DNA of 55,480 bases, the filler included, from Platydemus manokwari (lineage: Eukaryota): the NCBI GenBank assembly GCA_037951405.1. It is 5 parts of 5 records of this genome, joined end to end, with 100 filler letters (N's around TTAATTAATTAA, not from the genome) between each part and the next. Parts side by side here need not be neighbours in the genome. Positions count along the whole stretch, not along the records: positions 21,768 to 36,574 come from JBBMOY011389203.1; positions 36,675 to 46,253 come from JBBMOY011229876.1; 3 more parts are not named here. One strand, given 5' to 3'. The translations under genes and the position numbers were made by a program. Below the pieces are notes generated by a model that searched no databases, was not told the DNA's origin, and saw only the letters and a list, made by a program, of their open reading frames with translations. Within the stretch, counting starts at the first letter, position 1. Each line of letters begins with the position of its first letter. Shown here piece after piece: positions 27,067 to 38,422 of the stretch.

Positions 27067-27523
27067 TTTTTAAAACAGAAACTCCACCCCTAAGTAAAGA
27101 GTAAAGGAATAAAAAAATAAGAAGTAATATAACCCCTATTACATCAACTATAAAAAAATCTATAGATAGAGGCCCCTTAGGACCTCATCTAATACTTCAG
27201 GAAGAAATATTAACAAAAATAAACCTTACAATAAGACAACAAAGAACAGATAGACCCCCTACAAAAATCCCAACACCTTGGAAAATATAATTTCTTGAAA
27301 TAATTACAGCATAAATAAACATCACTAAAATCCCCCCAGCATAAATTAAAAAAAGTAAAAGAGATATTAAACCATCATAAATTATATACCCTGAATAAAT
27401 TAACCCCAATAATAACCCAATGAGGGGTAATAATAAACTCCCTGCACTGCGAGCTAAAAGCATTCCCCCAATAAATATTAAAACATTAAATACTAAGAAA
27501 AACTCAAGTAATAAATAACCCAA
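27047..27523 (-). CDS. nad6: NADH dehydrogenase subunit 6
   Basis: LLLFLIYAGGILVMFIYA motif; lies between trnA and nad5. Confidence 0.92.
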
Positions 27524-27583
27524 TGAAGTTAAGGATTCTACTTCCTAATTGCAGATTAGGCCTTCTAATTAAAGTATAACTTC
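27524..27583 (-). tRNA. trnA: mt tRNA-Ala (TGC)
   Basis: Anticodon arm CCTAA-TCTGCAA-TTAGG; acceptor GAAGTTA/TAACTTC. Confidence 0.85.
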
Positions 27584-27584
27584 C

Positions 27585-27648
27585 TTTAAAAGTTGCACGC
27601 AAACCTTCAACTCCCAAAGTTGATATATCAATATGATACTGCTTTTAA
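27585..27648 (-). tRNA. trnP: mt tRNA-Pro (TGG)
   Basis: Anticodon arm TCAAC-TTTGGGA-GTTGA; acceptor TTAAAAG/CTTTTAA. Confidence 0.88.
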
Positions 27649-27706
27649 TAGTTAACTTACGTTATCTGCTAATCCTAAGTCAGCCGCATATTTTTGCTAA
27701 ACTAAA
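27646..27706 (-). tRNA. trnL1: mt tRNA-Leu(CUN) (TAG)
   Basis: Anticodon loop CTTAGGA in a GCTGA/TTAGC stem. Confidence 0.85.
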
Positions 27707-28700
27707 ATACAATGATAGTGGAGTAAGTCCTTTCGTACAATACACCAAAAATTTAAAGATAGAAACTGACCTGGCTTACGCCGGTCTGAACTCAGATCAT
27801 GTAGGGAAATAACGCTCGAACAGAGCACAAATCAACACCTTCTGGGTTAGATTACCCTAATCCAACATCGAGGTCACAAACTAATTTTTAATTATGCTGT
27901 TATCCCTTGAGTAATTTAATTTTCCGTCATATAAGTGCCCCATCAATAAAGTAGGTTATATGCTACTCTGTCGCCCCAACAAAAATTTATATCTTAAAAT
28001 TTCAAGGGTCTTCTCGTCTATTATTTTAAATAGAGGAATTTTCACCTCTTAAGTAAATTTTGAATATTTAACTGATACAGTGCTTCCCCAATTATTCATT
28101 CATACTAGACCTCAATTAAAAGCCAAATGATTATGCTACCTTTGCACAGTCAAAGTACTGCGGCTATTTAAATCTCATTGAGCAGAAAGCGCCATAAATT
28201 AATCCTTATGGTTATGTTTTTGATAAACAGCTGAGAAAACAATTGCCGAGTTCATTAATTAAACCTTTATTTCTTACTAATTGGTACATTATTTATAGGT
28301 ATAAAAATTCAACCATCACTCATTAGTTAAAATAATACTGGTAGGTTAGTATTTCTACTTATCAGCTAATGATTATTAAACCTTACGCCTTATTTCACAA
28401 TTTCAAAAATATTTAAAGCCTAATCACTTTAAATCTAGTCTCGTACTTAATACCTTTCACGAGTATCAAGATATCATAAGTTTTGAGAAGCCTTTCACCC
28501 CTAATTTTTGATTGACAGTATATTATGCAACATATACCTGAAAGCCTAACAACCTACAAAAATTAACTCAACTTATTTCGTGTAATTATATTTATATTTG
28601 TTTAATACCACCATTATGCAAAAGGTAATATATATATATTTACTCCTCAAAACAATTACTTTATTCTACGAAGCACCACTATTATTAATTTATCTGAACT
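27707..28700 (-). rRNA. rrnL: Mitochondrial large-subunit (16S) rRNA; 5' boundary uncertain (28700-28956)
   Basis: Universal 16Sbr-type site CCGGTCTGAACTCAGATCATGT at 27781, 16Sar-type site at ~28214-28232, and the TACCTTTTGCATAATGG motif at 28611-28627. Confidence 0.93.
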
Positions 28701-28956
28701 CAAATATAATAAATCACTTAATTGATATCACCAATTTGAGGAAAATTATTCCTATAATGACATTCTAAGTCTATGATTAAATTAATGATGTCATAAAAAT
28801 TTACCTCCTATATAAAAACCGATTAACGTACAAATAATATAGTATAAAAAATAGTAATTTTTTTATAGTAGGTTAAAAACAACTTATCGCCTGCAAAACT
28901 CGATAGTAAGGGTATTTTACACCTATTCTTCCGGATGGTAAGGAGGGAAAACATGA

Positions 28957-29012
28957 CTAAGCACAATTATGATTTTCCTGGTGTAAGCAGGCCGAATTTA
29001 ATTATTCTATAC

Positions 29013-29015
<3 letters not shown>
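28957..29015 (-). tRNA. trnV: mt tRNA-Val (TAC)
   Basis: Anticodon arm CCTG-CTTACAC-CAGG; acceptor TAAGTAT/GTGCTTA. Confidence 0.85.
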
Positions 29016-30545
<1,530 letters not shown>

Positions 30546-30551
<6 letters not shown>

Positions 30552-30603
30552 AGGTTATCCCGTAATTGGAGTAAAAATCCAACGCTTACTCAGCCATAAA
30601 AAA
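30546..30603 (-). tRNA. trnK: mt tRNA-Lys (TTT)
   Basis: Anticodon arm TTGGA-TTTTTAC-TCCAA. The 3' acceptor overlaps the cox1 start. Confidence 0.82.
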
Positions 30604-31524
30604 TTATATAAACACTACTAACAACCTTAATATATTTAAAACAAAAAGAATTACCGTCCCAAGGAAATTAAATTCCCTCTTTTTTTGAGATATATATAAC
30701 CAAAAAGCAAATTTTAAATAATAAAGCAATCTAAAAACAGAACTTCCTAGAGCAACCACAATAATTCCGGCTGGTACTGTAGAATCTAATATTCCTGAGA
30801 CAACTATCAATTTACCTAGAAAAACAGAAAATGGCGGTAATCCAGCAAGACTATATAATATTAATCACCTAGGAAATTGCCTTGGATAATTTAATGATAA
30901 AATTAAAAGAAATAAGCTTAATGAATAAACCAATAAATATTTAAATGAATCTCAAGATATAATAGCTAAAATAAATCAACCTGAATGGGTAATTGAAGAA
31001 GCTCCTAATATTCCTCGGACAGATATACAACCCTGCCCAACTAAGGCCCCTGTAATTAGTGACCCTAAGGAAAAAATAACAAAAATCCTACCAATTATAC
31101 TCCTCCATCTCCTCACATAAAAGCTTTGCATCAACCCTAAGGGGAGAATTTTAAGAGGCCTATTCATAAGAATTAAAGGTAAATATGGTAGTGATATATT
31201 TACGGGAATCACCCAGAAATGAAAAGGGAAAACCCCTAACTTTATCCTGAATCCTAATATAATAATACTTATATAAACTACTCTCCCTTCTATGTTATTA
31301 ATAATCGACAACGCCGCAAGAAAAAGTATTAATCTACCAATTGATTGGACAAAAAAATATTTAATTGTACATATGCTTGAACTTAATCTAACATAATTTG
31401 CTGTAATAAAAATAAAGCAGAATATTCTTCATTCTATTGCAAAAATAATTGATAACCAATTTCTTCTAATTAATCCAAAAAAAATACCTATCATTATTAA
31501 TATTACTTGTCTAATACTCCTCAT
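30604..31524 (-). CDS. nad2: NADH dehydrogenase subunit 2
   Basis: KYFFVQS, KLGVFPFHFW, SSITHSGW and SLAGLPPFSVF motifs; ATG to TAA, 307 codons. Confidence 0.95.
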
Positions 31525-31585
31525 AATGGGGCAGGATTACCTAAATATATTGACATCAACAATACCCGTCAACCGGCGGCCCCAC
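31525..31585 (-). tRNA. trnI: mt tRNA-Ile (GAT)
   Basis: Anticodon arm TATTG-TTGATGT-CAATA; acceptor GTGGGGC/GCCCCAT. Confidence 0.9.
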
Positions 31586-31628
31586 TTTAGTACTTTAAAA
31601 TACCTATATTTTAAAATTATTTACTTTT
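31586..31628. promoter_or_regulatory. AT-rich spacer between divergent trnI and cox3 (putative origin/promoter)
   Basis: 43-nt AT-rich gap with a TTTTAAAATA...TATTTTAAAA inverted repeat. This is where pulmonate mitogenomes usually have a candidate origin. Confidence 0.5.
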
Positions 31629-32406
31629 ATGCGACGAACCCCGTTCCATTTAGTCGAATTTAGACCCTGACCCTTAATTGGATCTATTGGAATTTTCTGT
31701 ATCCCCATTGGTTTTGTTTTATTTACCCGCTATAATACCCCTTTAATATTATACTTCGGAATTTTACTAACAACAATCGTTTCCTATGCATGATGACGAG
31801 ATATTGTACGTGAAAGAACATATCAAGGACATCATACATCTTACGTTGTAAAAGGTCTCAAAATTGGTGTGGCTCTATTTATTGTATCCGAAGTTTGTTT
31901 CTTCTTTTCCTTTTTCTGAGCTTACTTTCATAGAAGCCTCTCCCCTTCAATTGAAATTGGGGGTATATGACCTCCATTAGGAGTCACTCCTCTTGAGACT
32001 TTTTCAATTCCTCTACTTAACACAAGAGTCCTCCTCCTTTCCGGAGTTAGAGTTACTTGGGCCCACCACGCGATTGAAGAAGGTAAGTTTAATGATGCTA
32101 GTTGAGGGTTATTAATAACTGTTCTTCTTGGAGTTTATTTCTTATTCCTTCAATATGGGGAATACCAAGACACCTCGTTCACTATAGCAGATAGTGTATA
32201 TGGAAGAACTTTTTTCATCGCCACGGGATTTCATGGACTTCATGTCCTTGTAGGCGCAACTTTCTTATTTGTATGTTGAATTCGTTTCTTAAAATACCAC
32301 TTTAGTAAAAATCACCATGTAGGCTTTCTCGCAGCAGCTTGATATTGACACTTTGTAGATGTCGTTTGATTATTTTTATATGTAAGCATTTACTGATGAG
32401 GTTCCT
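31629..32406 (+). CDS. cox3: Cytochrome c oxidase subunit III
   Basis: [15 protein letters not shown]...ATGFHGLHV...AAWYWHFVDVVWLFLY; incomplete T stop. Confidence 0.97.
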
Positions 32407-32466
32407 ATGAGTATAGCTTAATTAAAGCAAGGGTTTTGTAAACCTTAGATGGCATCCCTACTCATA
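32407..32466 (+). tRNA. trnT: mt tRNA-Thr (TGT)
   Basis: Acceptor ATGAGTA/TACTCAT; anticodon loop TTTGTAA. Confidence 0.88.
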
Positions 32467-32469
32467 TAC

Positions 32470-33787
32470 AGTTTACTGTATAGTTACTAAATAAATTTAG
32501 CTTCAAAATTAAAATTAAAGGTAAGACATGACCAACAAGAGTTAATATATAAGAATGTCTAATATTTTTACCCCTTAAAAGGTATTTTCCAAAAGCCCCA
32601 TGATTTACTATAGCATACAAATATATATTATATGCTACTCCTATAAACATAATAGATATTGTAACTACTAAAAATCCTACCCTAAAAAATCACGCACCAG
32701 GAATAATAAATAATTCCCCTACAAAATTAATAGAGGGAGGGGCGGCCATGTTAATGATACAAACTACAAATCAAAAAAAACTTACTCTTGGGTAAACAAC
32801 TAATAAGCCTTTTGTTAATGTAAATCTTCGCCTGCCAGTGTATGTATAAGTAATGTATGATAATAAAAAAAGAGCTGAAGATGCTCAACCATGAGCTAAT
32901 ATAGTGACTAATGCCCTCACACTCCCTCAACTAGTACCTGACATTAAGCCCACAACTACTAACCTTATATGAACAATACTCCTATAAGCAATTATCGCTT
33001 TAATATCATCCTGCCCAAGACAAATCAATGCTGCAAAAAAACCACCCCATAATCTAACACTTACTAAAACAACTCATGAAAGTCTCGTGAGGGAATACCT
33101 TAACAAAGCACTATATAAATAAACTCCATACCCACCTAACTTAAGGAGAATACCAGCCAAGATTATTGACCCTCCAACAGGAGCTTCAACATGAGCTTTT
33201 GGAAGTCAAACATGAACCCCAAAAATAGGAAGCTTAACAATAAAAGCAATAAACCCTAGAATTATTAGTCAACTTGAAGACCTAGTGCCAAACTGAGTCA
33301 ATTGGTATAAACTTGCCCTCCCAGTATTGTTTATGATATAAACAATTGTAACTAAAAGGGGTATAGATCCAGCAACTGTATATAAAATTATATATAAACC
33401 TGCTTGTAAACGCTCTTGTTGATAGCCTCAAGAAAGAATTAATGCTAAAATTGGCAACAATCTACTCTCAAACCTAATATAAAAAAGCAGCAAGTTCCTG
33501 CTTAGAAAACATAAGACAACAATAACAAGAAGAACTTGATTTAATAAATTATAGCTAATTTCCCGATGTTTTCCTGTTCTAATTATAATAAGAAACACAA
33601 GGGTAAGTCTTATTAAAACTAATAAAGAATTAAAATCATTTTTGCATATTAAAAGATCCTCATAATATATCCTTTGCTTATTTAATCAAGCAACTCCCCC
33701 TAATACCCTAAATCTTAATACGGAAATAATTTGACTAAATTTTGGATTAATTAAGCCCAACACTAAACAATAAAAAACTCTAATCAT
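32470..33787 (-). CDS. nad4: NADH dehydrogenase subunit 4 (3' end approximate, incomplete stop)
   Basis: [40 protein letters not shown] and [13 protein letters not shown] motifs. Confidence 0.95.
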
Positions 33788-33839
33788 AAAGAAGAGGAAA
33801 CACTCCCTCGCCGCAGTTAGCAGCCGCAACTATCTTCTT
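33788..33839 (-). tRNA. trnS1: mt tRNA-Ser(AGN) (GCT), D-armless
   Basis: Acceptor AAGAAGA/TCTTCTT; loop CTGCTAA. Confidence 0.85.
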
Positions 33840-33912
33840 AAATTAAGAAAAATTTTTTTAAAAATGATATTACTTTACTAAATAAGTGGACGACTAACCA
33901 TAGGCATAGAAT

Positions 33913-33961
33913 TATACATAATTAGATTTTGAAAGTCTTACAAGGAAGTATCCATGTATAT
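33913..33961 (+). tRNA. trnS2: mt tRNA-Ser(UCN) (TGA), D-armless
   Basis: Acceptor TATACAT/ATGTATA; loop TTTGAAA. Confidence 0.78.
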
Positions 33962-34305
33962 ATGTTAACGTATTTTCTGACGGCCCTTTTTCTATGCTTT
34001 TTATTATTTTGTCTAAGTATATTAACAAAAATATCCCCAAGACCTTCTAACAAAGGAAAATTCTCCCCATTTGAATGTGGATTTGAACCTTTAAACTCTA
34101 TGCGCCGCCCTTTCAGCGTCCGCTATTTTATTTTAGTTGTATTATTCTTGATTTTTGACGTCGAAACAGTACTTCTAATGCCCTGTCTTGTTAATATTGT
34201 TACTATTGGTGACCTAAATGTACCTATTTATATGTTGGCTTTCCTTGTCCTCCTTATTTGGGGTTTACTATTAGAATGAAAAAACGGCATTTTTGAGTGA
34301 AAATA
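33962..34305 (+). CDS. nad3: NADH dehydrogenase subunit 3
   Basis: [11 protein letters not shown]...[18 protein letters not shown]; incomplete TA stop before trnM. Confidence 0.95.
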
Positions 34306-34366
34306 CCTTGGATAAGCTATTTAAGCTATTGGGCTCATAACCCAAATATGGTGAAACCTCCAAGGA
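34306..34366 (+). tRNA. trnM: mt tRNA-Met (CAT)
   Basis: Anticodon arm TTGGG-CTCATAA-CCCAA; acceptor CCTTGGA/TCCAAGG. Confidence 0.92.
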
Positions 34367-35042
34367 GGTTAATTATGGCCACAATTTCCTCAAGTTCGGA
34401 TAACTATGGTAATTTATGTGACCTACCAGTTAAGAGAATTTATAAGATCCGAAAGGATGCCTAAACCTTCTTGTTAATGTGATTAATAAAGTGCCAGCAA
34501 TCGCGGTTAAACTTTAGCAAACGGAAATCGGGAAGTGTCAATTAAAAAATGCCTGATTGAGGTGGTGAAATACTCATTCTAAATTAACCATAATTTAATA
34601 TTCAGAATATTGGAAAAAAACGGGGATTAGATACCCCCTTATTCAATACACAATATTGTGCACGGAGGACTAAAACCAAATGGTTAAAACTTAAATAATA
34701 TGGCGGCAATGGTGATATTCAGGGGAGCTTACAATTGAATTGACAACCACCAAGGTAAATCAACTTCTGTTAATATCATGTATACCGTCGTTTAGTTAGT
34801 ATTTAATATACTATCATAAAACTAAATAACAGATCAAGGTGCAGACAATACAGAAGATATTGCGAGCTACAATAGTAAATTTATCCAAATTTGTACTTGT
34901 AAAGACACTGAAGGAGGACTTGAAAGTAAGGGTTAAAATTTTTAAAGCCTAAATTAAACCACCATTGTGCACAAATCGCCCGTCACTCTTGGGTTAACTT
35001 AAGATAAGTCGTAACAAAGTAGGTGTAGTGGAAACTGCCCCT
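34367..35042 (+). rRNA. rrnS: Mitochondrial small-subunit (12S) rRNA
   Basis: GTGCCAGCA, GGATTAGATACCC, GCACAAATCGCCCGTCAC and AAGTCGTAACAAAGTA motifs. Confidence 0.95.
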
Positions 35043-35102
35043 GTTTAAATAGTATAAATATTACATTACCACTTCACGGTAAAAATGACCTGTCTTTAAA
35101 TG
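35043..35102 (+). tRNA. trnE: mt tRNA-Glu (TTC)
   Basis: Anticodon arm TTACC-ACTTCAC-GGTAA. Confidence 0.85.
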
Positions 35103-35160
35103 TTAAAATAGCAACAGCACTTAAGTTTCGGCCTTAAGTTTGGTGATTCACCTTTTAATA
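35102..35160 (+). tRNA. trnR: mt tRNA-Arg (TCG)
   Basis: Anticodon arm TTAAG-TTTCGGC-CTTAA. Confidence 0.85.
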
Positions 35161-35812
35161 ATGTTAACAGACTTATTTTCAAGTCTTGATGGGGCCCGTA
35201 GAGTTTTCTTTTGACTCCCCCCTTTAGTTTTTATTTTAACCCAAAGAAGAAATAATTACTGACACTCAAGCTCTAAAGATATTTTAACGCATAGAATTTT
35301 AAATACGTGAATTTCTCCTCAAAGGGGCCGAAAATTCACTTTCTACACTTTCGTCGTCAGGTTATTCTATTTCCTCCTTCTAATAAATCTTGGAGGGTTA
35401 ACACCTTATACTTATACACCAACAAGAAATCTTCTGACTGTTGCAGGATGTGGTTTAACTTCATGGTTAGTATTAATTTTATCTGGTTATTCATTCTCAC
35501 TTAAAATATCTTTGGCTCATTTAGCCCCTGCAGGAGCTCCCTCAATCTTGTTGCCTTTCTTAATTATTATTGAATCAATTAGCCTTTTAATCCGCCCCTT
35601 AACCTTAACCGTCCGCCTAATCGCAAACATTAGTGCAGGCCATATTGTTCTAGGATTAATTGCTAATACATTAAGAAGATTAACCCATAGAAGCTATCTA
35701 GTTCTCGTTCTTCCTATTTACATCTTTTACACTCTTTTTGAATTCTTCGTAGCTGTTATCCAAGCATACATTTTTACACTTTTAATTACCCTTTATCAAT
35801 CAGAACACCCAT
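35161..35812 (+). CDS. atp6: ATP synthase F0 subunit 6
   Basis: MLTDLFSSLDG...AHLAPAGAP...IRPLTLTVRLIANISAGH...VIQAYIF; incomplete T stop. Confidence 0.97.
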
Positions 35813-35867
35813 GTAAATTTAGCTTATTTAAAGCACCTAACTGTTAATTAGAAGAACGATATTTACT
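35813..35867 (+). tRNA. trnN: mt tRNA-Asn (GTT), apparently T-armless
   Basis: Loop CTGTTAA in a CTAA/TTAG stem; only ~7 nt between the anticodon stem and the 3' acceptor strand. Confidence 0.82.
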
Positions 35868-36054
35868 ATGCCACAGCTTAGCCCCCACAGGGCCCTCTTT
35901 CTTTATGTAGTACTATTACTTATCTTAACTTTAATTATAATTAATTTATTTCAACCAATTAGAAATAAGATTACGCCTAATCGAATTCGCCGCAATAGAA
36001 TTCGCCGCAATAGAATTCGCTACAATTGAAAAAAAGACAAATTTCCATTTAAAT
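35868..36054 (+). CDS. atp8: ATP synthase F0 subunit 8
   Basis: MPQLSP start, a hydrophobic helix and a basic tail; 62 codons plus an incomplete T before trnL2. Confidence 0.92.
35979..36026 (+). repeat. In-frame 15-bp tandem repeat (x3) inside atp8
   Basis: AATCGAATTCGCCGC AATAGAATTCGCCGC AATAGAATTCGCTAC AAT. Confidence 0.95.
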
Positions 36055-36116
36055 TTAATAGTGGCAGAAATATGCGTGGATTTTAAGCGTCCAAGATAAG
36101 ATATTCTTCTATTTCC
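36055..36116 (+). tRNA. trnL2: mt tRNA-Leu(UUR) (TAA)
   Basis: Anticodon arm TGGAT-TTTAAGC-GTCCA. Confidence 0.82.
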
Positions 36117-36172
36117 TATTAGGTGTTAGGCACGAAAAAATTTGAGTTTTTAGGAGATTTAATCAATAGGAT
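36114..36172 (+). tRNA. trnQ: mt tRNA-Gln (TTG)
   Basis: Acceptor TCCTATT/AATAGGA; loop ATTTGAG. Confidence 0.82.
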
Positions 36173-36230
36173 AGGCTTGTAAGTTAAGAAAACTATTAAC
36201 CTTCAAAGTTAAAAATGGTATCCGGGCTTA
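36173..36230 (+). tRNA. trnW: mt tRNA-Trp (TCA), on the atp8/trnQ strand
   Basis: Anticodon arm TTAAC-CTTCAAA-GTTAA. Confidence 0.85.
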
Positions 36231-36574
36231 AGTAAGCAAATATGCTTAAAATCTTATACTTTATTATTAAAATATATACTAATAGAAAATAAAACCTTCT
36301 TATTTATAGGGATAATTACAACTTAGTGGGAGCCCTTCAAAAGATTTCAGAAAAACCTGCCCCAAAGGGAGGGAGAGGGGCCCCCTACCTGCTATTTTAA
36401 TGGGAGCTTTTTTAAAGCCAATCCTCCATCTCTCCCCCTTTTACCGGCGGCCACGCAAAGGGGTATAGGTTTTTATTAAAGGGTACAGCCGCGAGAAAAA
36501 GGGGAGAGATGGAGACCCACCTTGACAGGGATAATTACAACTTAGTGGGAGCCCTTCAAAAGATTTCAGAAAAA
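36231..36574. repeat. Control region, right part, with 219-bp periodic repeat and circular overlap
   Basis: AGGGATAATTACAAC... recurs at 36308 and 36527 (period 219). 36357-36574 is identical to 21768-21985. Confidence 0.9.
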
Positions 36575-36674
36575 NNNNNNNNNNNNNNNNNNNNNNNNNN
36601 NNNNNNNNNNNNNNNNNNTTAATTAATTAANNNNNNNNNNNNNNNNNNNNNNNNNNNNNNNNNNNNNNNNNNNN
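36575..36674. other. Artificial contig spacer
   Basis: N44-TTAATTAATTAA-N44. Confidence 0.98.
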
Positions 36675-38422
36675 TCTCTGCTATGATAATTGTTTTAAAA
36701 TAAAATAAGAGTTATAAATCTAAAGCACTTTCTTTGTTTTAATACAGTTCATTGATTTAAAATTTTTATTAATCATCTTTTTATTCATTAGTATTATTAT
36801 CTTGTTTGAGACATAAATTAACATTTCAATAACATTAGAGATTTTTAACAAGGTCAGTGGAACCTTGTATGAGTTTTAAATTCGAAATTGTTCATCATAA
36901 GTTTGGTCGAGATGTACTAAAACTAATAAAACTAGAAAACTTTATGATTTATAATTTCTTTCATGTAATATTAGCTGTAAAGCATCCAAATATTTTTAAT
37001 CTCATTCAACTTCAATCAATTATTTTCGAATTTAATATCAAACCATATGATGATCTCAGTTATGTAGTTGGAATTCGTGACATCCATGACACTACCACAG
37101 TCTGCGGCCATCGGAAATAATAGAACATATTAACCTTCTTAAACAGATAATTTAAATGATGTTATTTCAAGAATGTAGATAATTATTGTAAAATTATTTA
37201 ATTAAAGAGTAAGTTATGCTGTTATTTAAAGATGAAAATTTTAATGATCAACAGGTAAAAGCTTAGATACCTTTTGCATTGACATTCATTACATAAAAAT
37301 ATCGCTTTAATCTTTAAATGCTACTTTTCATACACTTATCTTTGAATATTCGACCATGATATCAAAGTAAATTTTTTGATCTACAAATAATATGATAAAT
37401 TTTTTTAATCTTAGTAAGCTCATAGCTATCTCAAACAAATCTTGTGATCTTTAATCTCTTTTGCAACTAGGACCACTCACTGGAATTGTAAATAATATGG
37501 TTAATTGTATTAAAGTATTTAGGTTAATGTTTTGAAGGTCGTATTTATTAATAAACTATAAAAGTTCAAAATATTCTTCTTTCTAATTTTATTAAAATTT
37601 TACGTAGTGATAATGTGTAAAATTAAGAATGATAAAATGTCATTTGAGCTTCAGATAATAATTTCATTATTTGAATATCAGGAATACGTCAATCATTTTA
37701 TCTTATGCAATGGAAACGGATAATTTGTAGAAAAGTTTTTGTTACCTTTCACTAATAAGAAATGAATATATTTTTTAATTTTTACTATTTGTGCTGATTA
37801 TCAATAAGAATCCCTCAAATAATTTGACATCATGTTTCATAAACTTCATTGTACCAATTTAATAAACTCCGAAATTGACATTCAATTAAAATTAAAGACA
37901 TTACAATACAGGCTTTAAAATTTTTACAGAATTTTGTCAAATTTGCTGTTAATTCTAAACCAGAAAGAATTCAAGCTGTTTCGATATGACTCAGTTTATA
38001 AGTTCTTATCTCAATACTTTTGAATTTATTGAAACATTTTTAATGACAAATATCAAATTATTGATTAAATAAAATTGATTTCTTTTTTTATTGTCCTTTT
38101 GAATGACTTCACGAATTTATTATAAAATGGTTTTATCATTTATAAGTAAAATTCGTTGAATAAAAATCGTTAAAGGATGTCTATTGTTTCTAAAAGTAAG
38201 TTACTCAAAACCGTTATGTTTGATTAATATATGAAATGTTGTTTAATATCTTTATATTTTTCATTAATTTTACCTTCATTTAAAAATCATATATAGGGCA
38301 TGTTATAAATTTTATTGATATCTAGAGAAAACATAATTGTTAAAATAATTAATGTTTATCTTTTAGCAGTAGCATTAAAAAAATAAAACTTTCAATCATA
38401 TTACAATGATTAATATATTTAG

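Noticed and set aside
35979-36026. CRISPR-like array
   Set aside because: Directly abutting 15-bp units with no spacers, in frame inside atp8.
36231-36300. Extra tRNA-like fold after trnW (TAAGC-AAATAT-GCTTA)
   Set aside because: No valid anticodon or acceptor stem, and all 22 tRNAs are already accounted for.
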